From Gracilinanus agilis (Eukaryota), in NCBI RefSeq assembly GCF_016433145.1, contig NC_058132.1, positions 90,225,423 through 90,289,422 of the forward strand: DNA of 64,000 bases. Direction: 5' to 3'. Below are positions 47,300 to 59,576 of the stretch, piece after piece. Each line of letters opens with the position of its first letter. The stretch's first letter is position 1. Below the pieces are notes generated by a model. It searched no databases, was not told the DNA's origin, and saw nothing but the letters and a program-made list of their open reading frames with translations. Position numbers and translations under genes: made by a program.

Positions 47300-47620
47300 T
47301 TGAAATTATGCCAGAGTCCCTATTTCCCTGGTAGCAAGGGGAGAGTTAGGGAAATACAGAATATCAGATTCATTATGGTTCTCCATGTAAATTTGCACAG
47401 TCCCTGGATTAGCCTATCCTGCAGGGCAAGTCACAGGGGATCAAAGTTTCTAAAAAGCCTTTACAAGAATAATCATCTTTCCAAGGCATATTATCTCCTC
47501 TAAGAAAATGATTCTAATTAGTTTGGAGCATAGGATCCTATAAAAACTTTCTGCCCTCTCTTTAAACCTTACAATATCTCCAGCCACCAGGTCAGTATAG
47601 TTTCTTCAAGTACAGGTAAT
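47300..47620 (+). promoter_or_regulatory. Orphan OR-type promoter candidate
   Basis: Several O/E-like half sites (TTCCCTGG, TCCCTGGA, TCACAGGGGA), CTAATTAG (47514-47521), TATAAAA (47539-47545), donors CAG|GTCAGT (47591) and CAG|GTAATT (47616). Confidence 0.4.
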
Positions 47621-48197
47621 TCAATTAGATGATGTGGGGCCTTTTATGATGGTGGGTGGTTTACTGTAGCTTCATTCTTCAAGCTTTGACTACAATATGA
47701 AGGAAAGCATAAGTTTCTTGTTGCTAAGTGCTGGTTGGTTTAGGGGGTGTAGCAAGAAGGAACAAAACTGTTCAAACTAGGGGTTTTTAATGGATTGTGT
47801 GTGTGTTTGTATCATGGACACCAATCTAATGATATTTGGGGACCCATTTTATGAATAATATGTTAGGTGTATAAAATAAAATATACAGGCTTGTAAAGCA
47901 GATCAATTATGAGTTCAAATCCAGCTTTAGACACTTGTGTGGTAAAAGTGAAGGGATAAAGGTAGGATGGATGGGAGAAAGGAGAAAGGAAGGTAGAGAA
48001 AGGGAAAGGTAGTCATTTGGGGAAGAATTGTAATATCTGAAAAAGACAAAATTGTCTTTTTGATCCCCTCTATTTCTCTTCCCTTTTCCTTTGGGGATAT
48101 AGTACCTAAGGTCTATAAAAAATCACTATTGTGTGGCATATAGTGGGATTAGGGCATATATTTCATTACATATATATATATACATATATATATATAT

Positions 48198-48270
48198 AAA
48201 AGGAAACTTTCTACAGTATGAAACTTTCTACAGTATATATATATATATATACTGTAGAAAGTTTCCTTTT
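48198..48270. repeat. Perfect 46-bp palindrome around (TA)9 with a duplicated left arm
   Basis: GAAACTTTCTACAG-(TA)9-CTGTAGAAAGTTTC at 48220-48265; extra arm copy at 48198-48219. Confidence 0.95.
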
Positions 48271-49053
48271 TCTATAGTCACTGGTTTCTAGTAGTGAGAA
48301 CTTTTAAGAGGGTGTTTGGTACAGGAGAAACTTGGATTCAAATCTTTGACAAAGCAGTTACTCATTGTATGTCCTAGAGCTCATAACCTTTTTGAGTGTC
48401 TTTTTCCTCATTGATAAAATGGTGATCATAATAATTACCCTGCCTACCTCAGAGGATTTAGAGGAAAGTTCTTTGAAAACCATTAATGTTTTATTATTAT
48501 AATTATATATGATTTATTAAAATAATTATAATTATATGTAAATAATATAATTATAACAATTATATTATAAATAGAATATAATTATGATACAAATGTGAGT
48601 TATAATTATCACTTTTAAGACATTTTAAGATAAAAGATCATATCTCAGCACATCCCAAACACACAGAGAGAAGGAAATTCTACAAGACCATTCAAAAGAA
48701 GAAAATGTTCTGGTCTTGATATCCTTTAGCCTTGACATCCTTAACATTAAGATAAGAATGAAATAAAAATTGGGGAGAACCTTTCTTTGTCCCTTTTATA
48801 GGGAACACCTTAGAACCAGCAGCCTCCCTCTTAGATGATGATCAAAGGTGAAGATTTTCTCTTTCCTGAAATTAGCCATCTTTCAGGAAGTGGTAAAGTT
48901 ATACCTTAGCTTCATTTCCACTTCATCTCTACCTTAATGAAATGATCTAAAGATTTCTAGGAGTTTTCCCTTCTTTTTTATTTTATTTTCAATTTCTCTC
49001 TTTGTTGAGGATGAAGGTTCTACTACCTCATATCTTTCTAGTTCTAATATTGT

Positions 49054-49157
49054 CACTACTACTACTACTATCACTACTACCACCACCACCACCACCACTA
49101 CTATTACTACTACTGCTGCCTCTATTACTGCTACTACTACTGCTACTGTTATTACTT

Positions 49158-49216
<59 letters not shown>
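49054..49216. repeat. Compound (ACT)n/(ACC)n/(ATT)n microsatellite
   Basis: Direct reading. Confidence 0.97.
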
Positions 49217-49217
<1 letters not shown>

Positions 49218-49480
49218 GTGGAGATCTCTTTATCATCTCTGATAATCTGATAAGGACAGTTTAGTTGATAAGGAAATAAAGACAGAACAAAGGGAGTTGT
49301 CTTTTACCTCATGCTTCCAGCTCTGGCTCCAAGAGCATGGAGTTTATTATATATGTTTCAAGACTCATTTCACACAAAAGACCCCTCCCCACAAAACTTT
49401 GCAGATGCACAGAAGTTACAAATTATGTCACATCAAAACACAAAACATTGGCTTCAGAATAGACCAAGGCCAAGGCTGAA

Positions 49481-49666
49481 TTTTTTTTTTTTAACCCTTA
49501 ACTTTGGTGTATTGTCTCATAGGTGGAAGAGTGGTAAGGGTGGGCAATGGGGGTCAAGTGACTTGCCCAGGGCCACACACCTGGGAAGTGGCTGAGGCTG
49601 GGTTTGAACCTAGGACCTCCTGTCTCTAGGCCTGACTCTCACTCCACTGAGCTACCCAGCTGCCCC
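49481..49666 (-). mobile_element. Young opossum SINE1
   Basis: Full length; TSD GCCAAGGCTGAATT (49469-49482, 49667-49680). Confidence 0.95.
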
Positions 49667-49916
49667 GCCAAGGCTGAATTTTGACTAGGTTCTTATCAGA
49701 AAGCCAAGTTGGGGAGTATCTTGGCCTTGGCTATAACAGGCAGCAGCATTCCTTGCTGTGTTAACAGTGTTAACCCTTTAAATTCAGGTTTGATAGGAAC
49801 TTAAAGCTTTTCAATAAGGTCACAATACTTTTCAACAAGAAATCACAAGGATCACAAAAGGGGTCAAAAGAGGAGCCTCAGATTTTTATCTATTCTCTTA
49901 TTGGCTTCCCACAACA

Positions 49917-49947
<31 letters not shown>

Positions 49948-50944
49948 TTAATGCTGCTATTCTACTAAAATAATAATAACAATGAAAATTCTCTAGGACA
50001 CTAGAAATCCTCACTTTTACTTTGTCATTGGTTATCACTGAGAAGCTACTGTAGCAGACACTGCTTACTTACTTCCTAGGCTAACAGCAGATTAGTTGAA
50101 CCTAAATAGCTAAAAGCAATGGGAAAAGAGAATCATAAAATGTCAGTTTTAAGGGAGGTAAGGGATCATTTAAGTGATAGAAACTTATCCTGATCACACC
50201 CTCACTTAATTTCTAGAGGACCCTCCCCTGCATAAATTAGTTTGAATTTACTTTGAATTTCATATATTGCTTTCTTCCAATCAAATGTAAACTCCTTGAG
50301 ATCAGGCACATTTAAGATTTTTCATATCCCTAATGCCCACCTCAGTGCACACTTCAGGCACTGGATACAATTTTTTTTATTCAATCTGGTCTAATGATAT
50401 CTTGCTGATAATAGAAAACTGAGACCCAATGAGGGGAAATGAGTTTCCCCAGGTCACATAGCAAGTTAATGAAAGACTCTGTACTATAATCCAGGTCTCT
50501 TCAATACAGTATTTTTCTTTGTTTTCTCCTCATTGTACACTTTAACAGAAACCTGTCTGGGTAGGACAGAACCTGTGTGAATTCAGTAATGCCCTAACAA
50601 TGATCATATGGATATAGAACTGGTAGAAATCTCTGAGATCACCTAGATTAACTTCTTATTTTACAGATTAGGAAACCGAGGCAAGGCTAACCTCAAGTGC
50701 TACCTCCTATAAGGAACTATTGACCTTAAAAAAATCAGAACTGCCAACATAATTATAATAATAGATCTTTAATTGAGGTAGGCAGATTAACCAGGGAAGT
50801 TACATAGAACTACAGTCCGGGGAATTCCAGTAAACTACAGATCTCAGGACACATATAGATTTTAGGAGAGAAATCAGCAATAGCCTGATTACTTTAGTTT
50901 ATTGGAGCTTCAAGAAATTTACAATGACTTAAGGCTTGGGTGCT

Positions 50945-51130
50945 TAGAGGGTACTTGGGGGCAGCTCAGTGAATTGAAAGTCAGGCCAAAGATAGGAGGT
51001 CTTGGGTTCAAATGTGACCTCAGACACTTCCTAGCTATTTTCCCTGATAAGTCACTTAGCCCCCATTGCCTTGGAACTAATACATAGTATTGATTCTAAT
51101 GTGGAAGAAAGTCTTTTGTTTGGTTTTTAA
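50945..51130 (+). mobile_element. Older SINE1-type copy
   Basis: GGGGGCAGCTCAG head, GGGTTCAAATGTGACCTCAGACACTTCCTAGC, internally deleted 3' part. Confidence 0.8.
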
Positions 51131-53704
51131 GACAGTATTTGAGGTTGTGATTGTTTTTGGCTGAGTTTTTGCTTGGGGTGATTGACAGGTACTTGAGAGT
51201 TTATGGTTCTGAATGGGACAAGGGTCAACCTGGTGATTTCTTCACAATACGGCTGACAAGGCTATTCCTGATTTCCACTGATTCCCCACACATTCCCCAC
51301 AATGTGTGTCTAGAGTAATATATTATCTGCTTATCAGTGTAAATGTTGTTTTTCCCCACTAGAATGTTCTGTAAGCTTCTCAAGTTAGGGACTGTTTTTG
51401 TTTTGTTTTTGTTTTTCTGTATCTCTAGTAAATAGAATGGTATCTAGTCCACATCAAGGCACTTAAGAAATGATTATTGAATTAAAATCAATTGAAATAA
51501 TCTTGAATAAGATTAGTTGGTATTTGTCACAGCTAGATTTTAATCCCAGGTTCTTTCATTCAAGATCTAGACCTCTATTATCCTCTAGAAAGAGCTTCCC
51601 CAGTTAACTTAAATGCCACATGAAAAAAAAACAAAACTATATTGGACAAGTTACCACAGTCTTATTTATTAAGAATATTGGGATCTCAGAAAGGGTTTGA
51701 TGGTAACTGTTCAGCAATTGACTCTCCAGAAAAAAAATGAGAACCACACACTTTTAAATTTAATCTGAATTATTAGCATTATCTTCATCATTCTTAAGTC
51801 TAAACAATCAATCCCTGATTTGTAGCCTGGTGATTTCAGAGGTGTAAATGTTGACACTGAAAATATAACTACCACCTCTTAAAAACTGGCTCAACCTCAC
51901 TCCTGCATGCCATTAAAGTCACACGCCCCATTGGAAAGTTAGCCAAGATTAGTGTCTACTTTGTTTTAAGACCTGCCTCTGACACACACTGGCTTTGTGA
52001 TCAAGAGCAAATAACTTATACCCTTTGGGTATAATAGATATTTTATATAATTATAATATGACATTTTTATATTTTTTTATATTTTTATATTATTATCTGC
52101 ATAATAATATAAATATAATATATTTATATATAAAGGGTATATTATATATACCCTTGGAGTTTTAGGTAATGCTCTAAGACTATAAGTGACAAAGGAAATC
52201 TTGAGAGTGGCATATAACAATGAAATCATGTGTCCAGTACTATCCTTAGTTCCAACAACAGGAAAAATTTCAATATCAGCACATTTCCTCTAGTTGGGTC
52301 TTTTTAAATAAGGTCTTTAATTGTGTAGATGACAGAGTGTCAGTTTCGGTAAACTTATTTTTATTTATTGAGAAATTTTAGATGTGAACTTAAGAAAAAG
52401 CCCACAGCTCATTCCTAAAATGATGATTACAGACTTTGGCAAGGATCAATGCATTCTGGGTTTTTTTTGGATTCAGTAATATGTCTAGTATTAGGATCAT
52501 TCCTTCCTACTAAAACTAAACTGAAATATTGCTATTTATCTTTACTAAACTCCTTTTCACATTAACATGGCACAGAGAAGTAGTTATTAATAACTCTTGA
52601 CTATCAATCATAGGTAAAGGGATAACAATCATAATAACTCACATTTTTAGCATGTCTACCTTTCCTTCCAACAAGTGCTATTAGACAAGTACTCAAGGTA
52701 TTAAACCACAACATTTCAGATAACAAAACTCAGATATAGAGAAGAAACTCATTCAGGATCATATGACTAGTAACTATTGGAAGTAGAATTCAAATTTGGC
52801 TCAGAATTTAAATTCAGATTCCATAATTTTCTCTTGTACTGCATCTAGAATGATAGCAAACTTGTAATAATAATTGCCAGTGAGTTGACCCAAAGCCTAG
52901 TAGAAAAATGCATAACTGCTATAAGTAGGATGCAAAAAATTATCGGTGAGGTAGAATAAAAGCATTATAAAGAACATGTATAGCTAGGAAAAAATATGCA
53001 GCGAGGGAACGAAACAGGGAAAAGAGTAATTAAATAAGACAAGACAAATGTTAGTATTCCAGGAGGAGAAAAACCCAAGCTAAATAGGTGAGGAGGTTCG
53101 TAGAAACAAGGAATAGAATAAATTTCTTTGAAGGGATATTCTCTCCCAAAATAGCTATGTGAGATATTGATTGATTTACTATCATGAAAGGCTCTGTATG
53201 AGCTTCAGTGAGAAGTAAAAAAAAAAGCATATTTTTATATCTTGCTTCAAATAAATAAATGAGAATAGATGATAGATAAAGAGGAAAAAGTCATCAGAAA
53301 GAGATTAGTGATTCAAAATGGCACTGATATAACCAATGCGTGAAAGCATCATTTATTTTCCATTCTAGGGCAGGACCCTTTGACCAGGGATTAAAGTCCT
53401 TTAGGGGAAAAAACAGGGGATTATTAGTGAGACAGCCCATTATTTTAGCACATCAATGGGGAAAAGAACTCAAGGACCAGCATGATCAATTTAGCTCACA
53501 ACTTCAATGAAACAAAAAGTCAGAGATTTCTTCTTCCTAGTCATTACTCTGTGCCTCAGCGTCCCTCAGTTCCAGCTCCTACATTTCCAGGTTTGAATTA
53601 GGAAATCTCCTTATTGTAAGAAGATCTTTTATAGCTTCATTACCTCTGTATCCAGTCATACATAAATTCTGTATCATCAAGAACTTGCTCCACTGCCTTT
53701 GCTT

Positions 53705-53822
53705 GACAAAAGGAACCATTAGATGCAATAGAAAAGGAAATGGAAACCACTCCAATATCTTTGCCAAGAATACCGCATGGACAGATATGGCCCATGGGGT
53801 CAACTAAATAACAACATAAACA
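53705..53822 (+). mobile_element. RTE/BovB-type tail fragment
   Basis: AAGGAAATGGAAACCACTCCAATATCTTTGCCAAGAA...CCCATGGGGTCA...ACAAC. Confidence 0.75.
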
Positions 53823-53899
53823 CACATTTTATCAGGAGTAGCAAAGTTTCACAGCAAATGGAACCTGGACTTTGAGTCAGGGAGACCTATATTCAAATC

Positions 53900-54132
53900 T
53901 TATCAAAGAAGTATGATGCCTGAATTGACCAAATTCATTCATGGCTTCCACTTCATAGAGTCATCAGGGCTCCTGGCTATGGTCTTTAACCATTTCATTG
54001 TTCTTTATAACCCATTAAAACTCATCTCTATCTTAACTAATTTGAAGATTACCAAGACAGCGATTGTGATTGGCATCAGAGAAGCTGCAGCTCTGTTGTC
54101 CTTATTCCTGCTTCAAAAAAGACTATGTTATG
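53900..54132 (+). pseudogene. Decayed class I OR fragment (end of TM3, intracellular loop 2, TM4)
   Basis: FIHGFHFIESSGLLAMVFNHFIVLYNPLKLISILTNLKITKTAIVIGIREAAALLSLFLLQKRL aligns to [35 protein letters not shown]...KRL. DRF has become NHF; flanked by SINE pieces. Confidence 0.85.
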
Positions 54133-54940
54133 TGACCCTGGAAAAGGCACCTGATATCTCTTGAATTCCATTTCCTCATATATAAAATTGATATAATAAT
54201 ACCATCTATTTTACCAGGTTGTTGTCAGTGTCAAATAAAACATTATATGGAAAAGGCTTTGCAAAATTGAAAATGCTATGTAAATTCTCATAATTATTAT
54301 TTTTACTATTATTATTAGTCACCACATTAGGTTCTTTCTTTTTTTCTTGAGGTTACAGATTATGCATTATTTTCTTTGAATCTCTGAGAAAATTCAGCCT
54401 CATCAGATTGTCTTCCCCATATCAGCTTCTAATGAAACCAATACAGACTGAATCAATGGAATACACCTTTTAGAATTCAAAAGAAAATGAAAGAAGAAAG
54501 GACAAGAATGAAACTTTATCTGTGTCTTCAAATTGTGCTCACATATAAAAGGAATACACCAGAAATACAGGAATATTGACAGACAGAAAGCCATAGAGAG
54601 AAGAGGAACCTCTACTTTTCCTCTGAATATGCTGATTCTGGTTCCTCCAGCCTTCTCTCAATTCTCTCAACTTTCAGCCCCATTCTCCTTCCAAAGTCCC
54701 ACCCCCTCCTCCTCCCAGTGCCATATGAATGTTTTCTGCTCTTCCCCCAAACCTATCACTACTCCCTTTTCTTCCATCTTACCTCATCTCCCTTTAGAGA
54801 CCTGAGGCTTTGTGTGAATGCCCTCTGTCCCTGACCCAATGAATAATAATGGTCAGGATGGGATTAGTATATGAAATGCAGGTTCTCCATGCCATTTAGG
54901 AAGTTTTCATCTGCTTTCACCTACTATGGGGTGGGGGGTG

Positions 54941-55098
54941 GGGGGATGGCCCTTAGTACTATCAGCCACCCCAAACTGTGAACTATGTCCTCATCCCACG
55001 TCCAGACTCCACTCTAGATTCCTGGCTCCACTCTAGACTCACATGGATCAGCCCACTTCAGCTCAGACTGCCCCAGGCTGGGACTCCAGACTTTTCCA
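54941..55098 (-). repeat. Inverted copy of 56251-56402
   Basis: Manual alignment shows about six substitutions and one indel of about 6 bp; followed by a 28-bp tandem pair at 55098-55153. Confidence 0.93.
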
Positions 55099-55289
55099 GG
55101 CCTTCTTTCACATTCTGAACTGCTCAGGCTTTCTTTCACATTCTGAACTGCTCTCTCCAAAACATTCTCAAACTGACTTCTTCCTTTTCCTCTCCCTCTC
55201 CTCCTTCTCCTCCTCCTCCTCTTTCTCTTCCTGTTCCTCAACCTCTGATTTTTCCTTCACTTTCTCCTTCTTCTTCCAATAACTCAGTA

Positions 55290-55655
55290 ACAGCAGTGTT
55301 TGATGGACAACTGCAAATAAATTAACCATTTTCAGTAATGTAAGGATTCAGAACAATCTCAAGAAGTCACAATGAAAAAAAACTAACCATTGCCATATAA
55401 GAAACTCATAAAGTCTGAATACAAATTGAAGCATGTCATTCTTCACTATTCCTCCATGAATTTTCCCTTAGTGTGAGCAATATGTGTCTTCTTTCACAAC
55501 ATGATCAACGTAAAAATACGTCTAGTATGATAACACATGCACAACCTACATCCTCTTGCCTTCTGTCTTGGGGAAAGTGGCTACATGGTCACAAAGTATC
55601 AGAAAACAATTATTTCAAATTGCATGGACATGTAAAAAAATAAAAAAATAAGCTA
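55290..55655 (+). mobile_element. Old L1 3'UTR and tail
   Basis: GAAACTCATAAAGTCTGAATACAAATTGAAGCATGTCATTCTTCAC...CTTTCACAACATGATCAACGT; A-rich end. Confidence 0.75.
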
Positions 55656-55865
55656 TTAAAAACCCTAAAGAAATAAAAGGGAAGGGAGGGAAGGAGAGGA
55701 GGAACTTTTTTTTTCCTGGATGGAAAACTATAATCTTCTTTCTCATAATATCTTGGGTCTGACTGGTAGCAAGAGTGCCATCTATCTATCTTCATCACTT
55801 TCCTGAACTGTAGGAACCTCAAAAAATGGCCTTCTATCATACTTCCACCATTTCTGGATACAACT

Positions 55866-56719
55866 TCTGGAGGCAGAGCCAAAGTGGCAGAGTAAACCAG
55901 AGCAGCTCCATGGCATCACGAGAATCTTCTCCTGCCAAAATTAAAATATCATCACAAAACAAAAACAAGAGTGAAAGATCCAACAAGGAGACAGATTGAA
56001 ACAACTTTCAAGAAAAGAAAAATCCAAAAGGTAGGCAAAGAATATCTGGGACACTGAGATGAGAGAAGAGTAGAGTCAGCAAGAGGCTGTAGCAAGGAGG
56101 GAAGAGGAAGCCAAGAACAAGCCACATCCCCACCCCACATCTGCTGTCCCAGATTTGGAACCTAAGTTCAAGTTAATAATCATACCCTGAGATTCTGCCT
56201 GGGAAAATAGTAGTAAAAGCCAACCCACATCCCTTGAAATTTCAAACCTGTGGAAAAGTCTGGAGTCCCAGCCTGGGGCAGTCTGAGTTGAAGTGGGCTG
56301 ATCCATGTGAGTCCAGAGTGGAGCCATGAATCTCAGTCTGGACTTGGGATGAGGACATAGTTCACAATTTGAGGTGGCTGATAGTACTAAGGGCCATCCC
56401 CCTCCCAATATTTTTGCCTAAAGCTAAGGGCAGAGCTCCAGGATAGGGCAATTAAGGGTGTGCCTGATTGATCAAGTACCCAGTGAGACCAGAAACTTCT
56501 GCCTAAGCCTGGGACTAGAATTTTATCAGCCCCTGACCTGATCAAGTTCAGAGTGAGATCAAAAGCTTACACACCCAAGCCTGAGTCAAGTCTTTAAGCT
56601 ATCAGCATCTCAAGGGTCAATTGAATCAGGGGAAGTGGGCTCTCAGAGTTCTCAGCCCCTAGGCCATCATATCATCCTCCAAGAACTGAAACTGGTAAAA
56701 ACCAAGAATAGCATCAAGG
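55866..56719 (+). mobile_element. L1 5'UTR-like segment without ORF1
   Basis: Starts GGAGGCAGAGCCAAAGTGGCAGAGT, like L1 5' ends; contains two imperfect monomers of about 70 bp at 56463-56606. Confidence 0.55.
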
Positions 56720-56733
56720 AAGGATTGAATTTT

Positions 56734-59069
56734 TTTTTGTTTTTTTTGTTTTTACTTTTTTATGTTTTAGAAAAAATTTTCCATGGTTACATGATTCATA
56801 TTCTTGCTTTCTGCCCTCCCACTCCCCACTCCCCACAGTCAACACATATTTCCACTTGTTTCTTCATGTGTCATTGATCAAGACCTATTTCCATATTATT
56901 GATAATTGCACTAGGGTGGTCATTAAGAGTCTACATCCCAAATCATGTCTACATCAACTCATGTGTTCAAGCAGTTGTTTTTCTTCTGTTTCCACTCCTG
57001 TAGTTCTTCCTCTGAATGTGGGTAGCATTCTTTTCCATAAATCACTCAGAATTGTCCTGGATCATTGCATTGCTGCTAGTACAGAAGTCCATTACATTCG
57101 ATTTTACCACAGTGTGTCAGTCTCTGTGTATAATGTTCTCTTGGTTCTGCTCCTTTCACTCTGCATCAATTCCTAGAGGTCATTCCAGTTCACATGGAAT
57201 TACTCCAGTTTATTATTCCTTTGAGCACAATAGAATTCCATCACCAACAGATACTACAATCTGTTGAGTCATTCCCCAATTGAAGGGCATACCCTCATTT
57301 TCCAGTTTTTTGCCACCACAAAGAGTGTGGCTATAAATATTTTTGTACAAGTCTGTTTATCTATGATCTCTTTGGGGTACAAACCCAGCAATGGTATGGC
57401 TGGATCAAAGGCAGCCAGTCTTTTAGCGCTCTTTGGGCAAATTGCCATCCAGAATGGTTGGACCAGTTCACAACTCCACCAGTAATGTATTAATGTCCCA
57501 ATTTTGCAACATTCCCTCCAACATTCATTACTCTTCCCTGCTGTCATTTTAGCCAGTCTGCTGGATGTGAGGTGATACCTCAGAGTTGCTTTGACTTGCA
57601 TTTCTCTAATTATTAGAGATTTAGAACACTTTCTTGTGTGCTTTTTGATAGTTTTGATTTCTTTATCTGAAAATTGCCTATTCATGTCCCTTGCCCATTT
57701 ATCAATTGGAGAATGGCTTGATTTTTTGTACAATTAATTTAGCTCCTTGTATTTTTGAGTATTTAAGCCTTTGTCAGAGTTTTTTGTTATAAAGATTTTT
57801 TCCCAGTTTGTTGTTTCCCTTTTGATTTTGGTTGCATTGCTTTTATTTGTACAAAAACTTTAATTTAATGTAATCAAAATTATTTATTTTACATTTTGTA
57901 ATTTTTTCTAACTCTTGCTTGGTTTTAAAATTTTTCCTTTCCCAGAGATCTGACAAGCATACTATTCTGTGTTCGCCTAATTTTCTTATAGTTTCCTTCT
58001 ATATATTCAAATCATTCACCCATTTTGAATTTATCTTGGTGTAGGGTGTGAGATGTTGATCTAAACCTAATCTCTCCCATATTGTTTTCCAGTTTTTCGA
58101 GCAGTTTTTGTCAAATAGTGGATTTTTGTCCCAAAAGTTGGGCTCTTTGGGTTTATCATATACTGTCTTGCTGACATCACTTACCCCAAGTCTACTCCAC
58201 TCATCCTCCCTTCTGTCTCTTAGCCAGTACCATATTGTTTTGATGACGGTTGCTTTATAGTACAGTTTAAATTCTGGTACTGCTATGCCACCTTCCTTCA
58301 ATTTTTTTTCATTATTTCCCTTGATATTCTTGATCCTTTGTTCTTCCAAATGAACTTTGTTATAGTTTTTTCTAATTCAGTAGTTTGATAGGTATGGCAC
58401 TAAATAAGTAAATTAATTTGGGTAGAATGGTCATTTTTATTATGTTAGCTCATCCTACCCATGAGCAATCAATGTTTTTCCAATTGTTTAGATCTAGTTT
58501 TAATTGTTTGGAAAATGTTTTGTATTTGTGTTTGTATAATTCCTGTGTTTGTTTTGGTAGATTCCTAAGTATTTTATATTGTCTAGGGTGATTTTAAATG
58601 GTGTTTCTCTTTCTACCTCTTGCTGCTGTGATGTGTTGGAAATATATAGAAATGATGATGATTGATGTGCATTTATTTTGTATCCTGCAACTTTGCTAAA
58701 GTTGCTGATTATTTCTACTAACTTTTTAGTTGATTCTCTAGGATTTTTTAAATAGACCATCATATCATCTGCAAAGAGTGATAGCTTAGTCTCCTTGTTG
58801 TCTATTTTAATACCTTCAACTTCTTTTTCTTCTCTAATTGCTACTACTAGTGTTTCCAGTACAATGTTAAATAATAGAGGTGACAATGAGCATCTTATTA
58901 GGAAGGCTTCTAATTTACCTCCATTGCATATGATGCTTGTTGATGGTTTTAGATATATACTATTAATTATTTTTAGGAAAGGCCCTTCTATTCCTATACT
59001 TTCCAGTGTTTTCAATCTGAATGGGTGTTGTATTTTGTCAAAGCCTTTTTCAGCATCTATTGAGATAAT
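56734..59069 (-). mobile_element. 5'-truncated young L1 (ORF2 RT and C-terminus, 3'UTR, poly(A))
   Basis: ORF2 fragments ([10 protein letters not shown]; YHLTSSRLA); 14-bp TSD AAGGATTGAATTTT (56720-56733, 59070-59083); frameshifted. Confidence 0.95.
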
Positions 59070-59576
59070 AAGGATTGAATTTTAAAAGGGTAACTCAACC
59101 ATTTCTGCTGGACTGGCATGGCTGTCATTGAGGAGGGGAAACTTTCTTCAAGTAACCTTTTCCTGAGTATGGCATGTGAATGTTTCTAGTCCCAGTCTGA
59201 GCCCAGTTCTGTTGTCTTTCAAGCTTATATCTCCTATTATAGACCTTACTATTCTGGAGAATTGAATGGATCTCTACAGCCAACAATTGATGAGTGAGGT
59301 TGTGTGGTCATTCCTTCTTTGTCTAATGGACATCCTTGGCAGCTTCACTGAATGCTTATATTCATTAATCTTTATGCATGAGCATAAAGACCTTCTTGCA
59401 TGAAGCACTTTAGAAGAATGAGCAAGTTGTCCTGGAGCCCACAATGATTTTCCTCTTTCCAACCAGGGATTTTCTCTTTTGTACCTGAAGCTTTTCTGCC
59501 TTCTTCTAGGTTTCAGAAGGGACCCGATGGGCCCTCTTGGGCAAAGGACAACATCATGGATGGCAGTGTCCTAGGT

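Noticed and set aside
48934-49250. Poly-Val and poly-Leu ORFs; also the poly-Asn ORF at 7523-7786
   Set aside because: Translations of trinucleotide microsatellites.
54395-54660. TM5-TM7 of the fossil OR as a separate confident feature
   Set aside because: Only short motif-like matches (CVS..CA, NMLILVPP) with purine-rich, non-OR sequence between and a spacing deficit of about 70 bp.
57269-59015. Long L1 ORF2 peptides as an active retrotransposon
   Set aside because: 5'-truncated and frameshifted.
59084-59570. Unassigned moderately GC-rich segment
   Set aside because: All six frames have stops and I recognise no protein or repeat; nothing supportable without a search.
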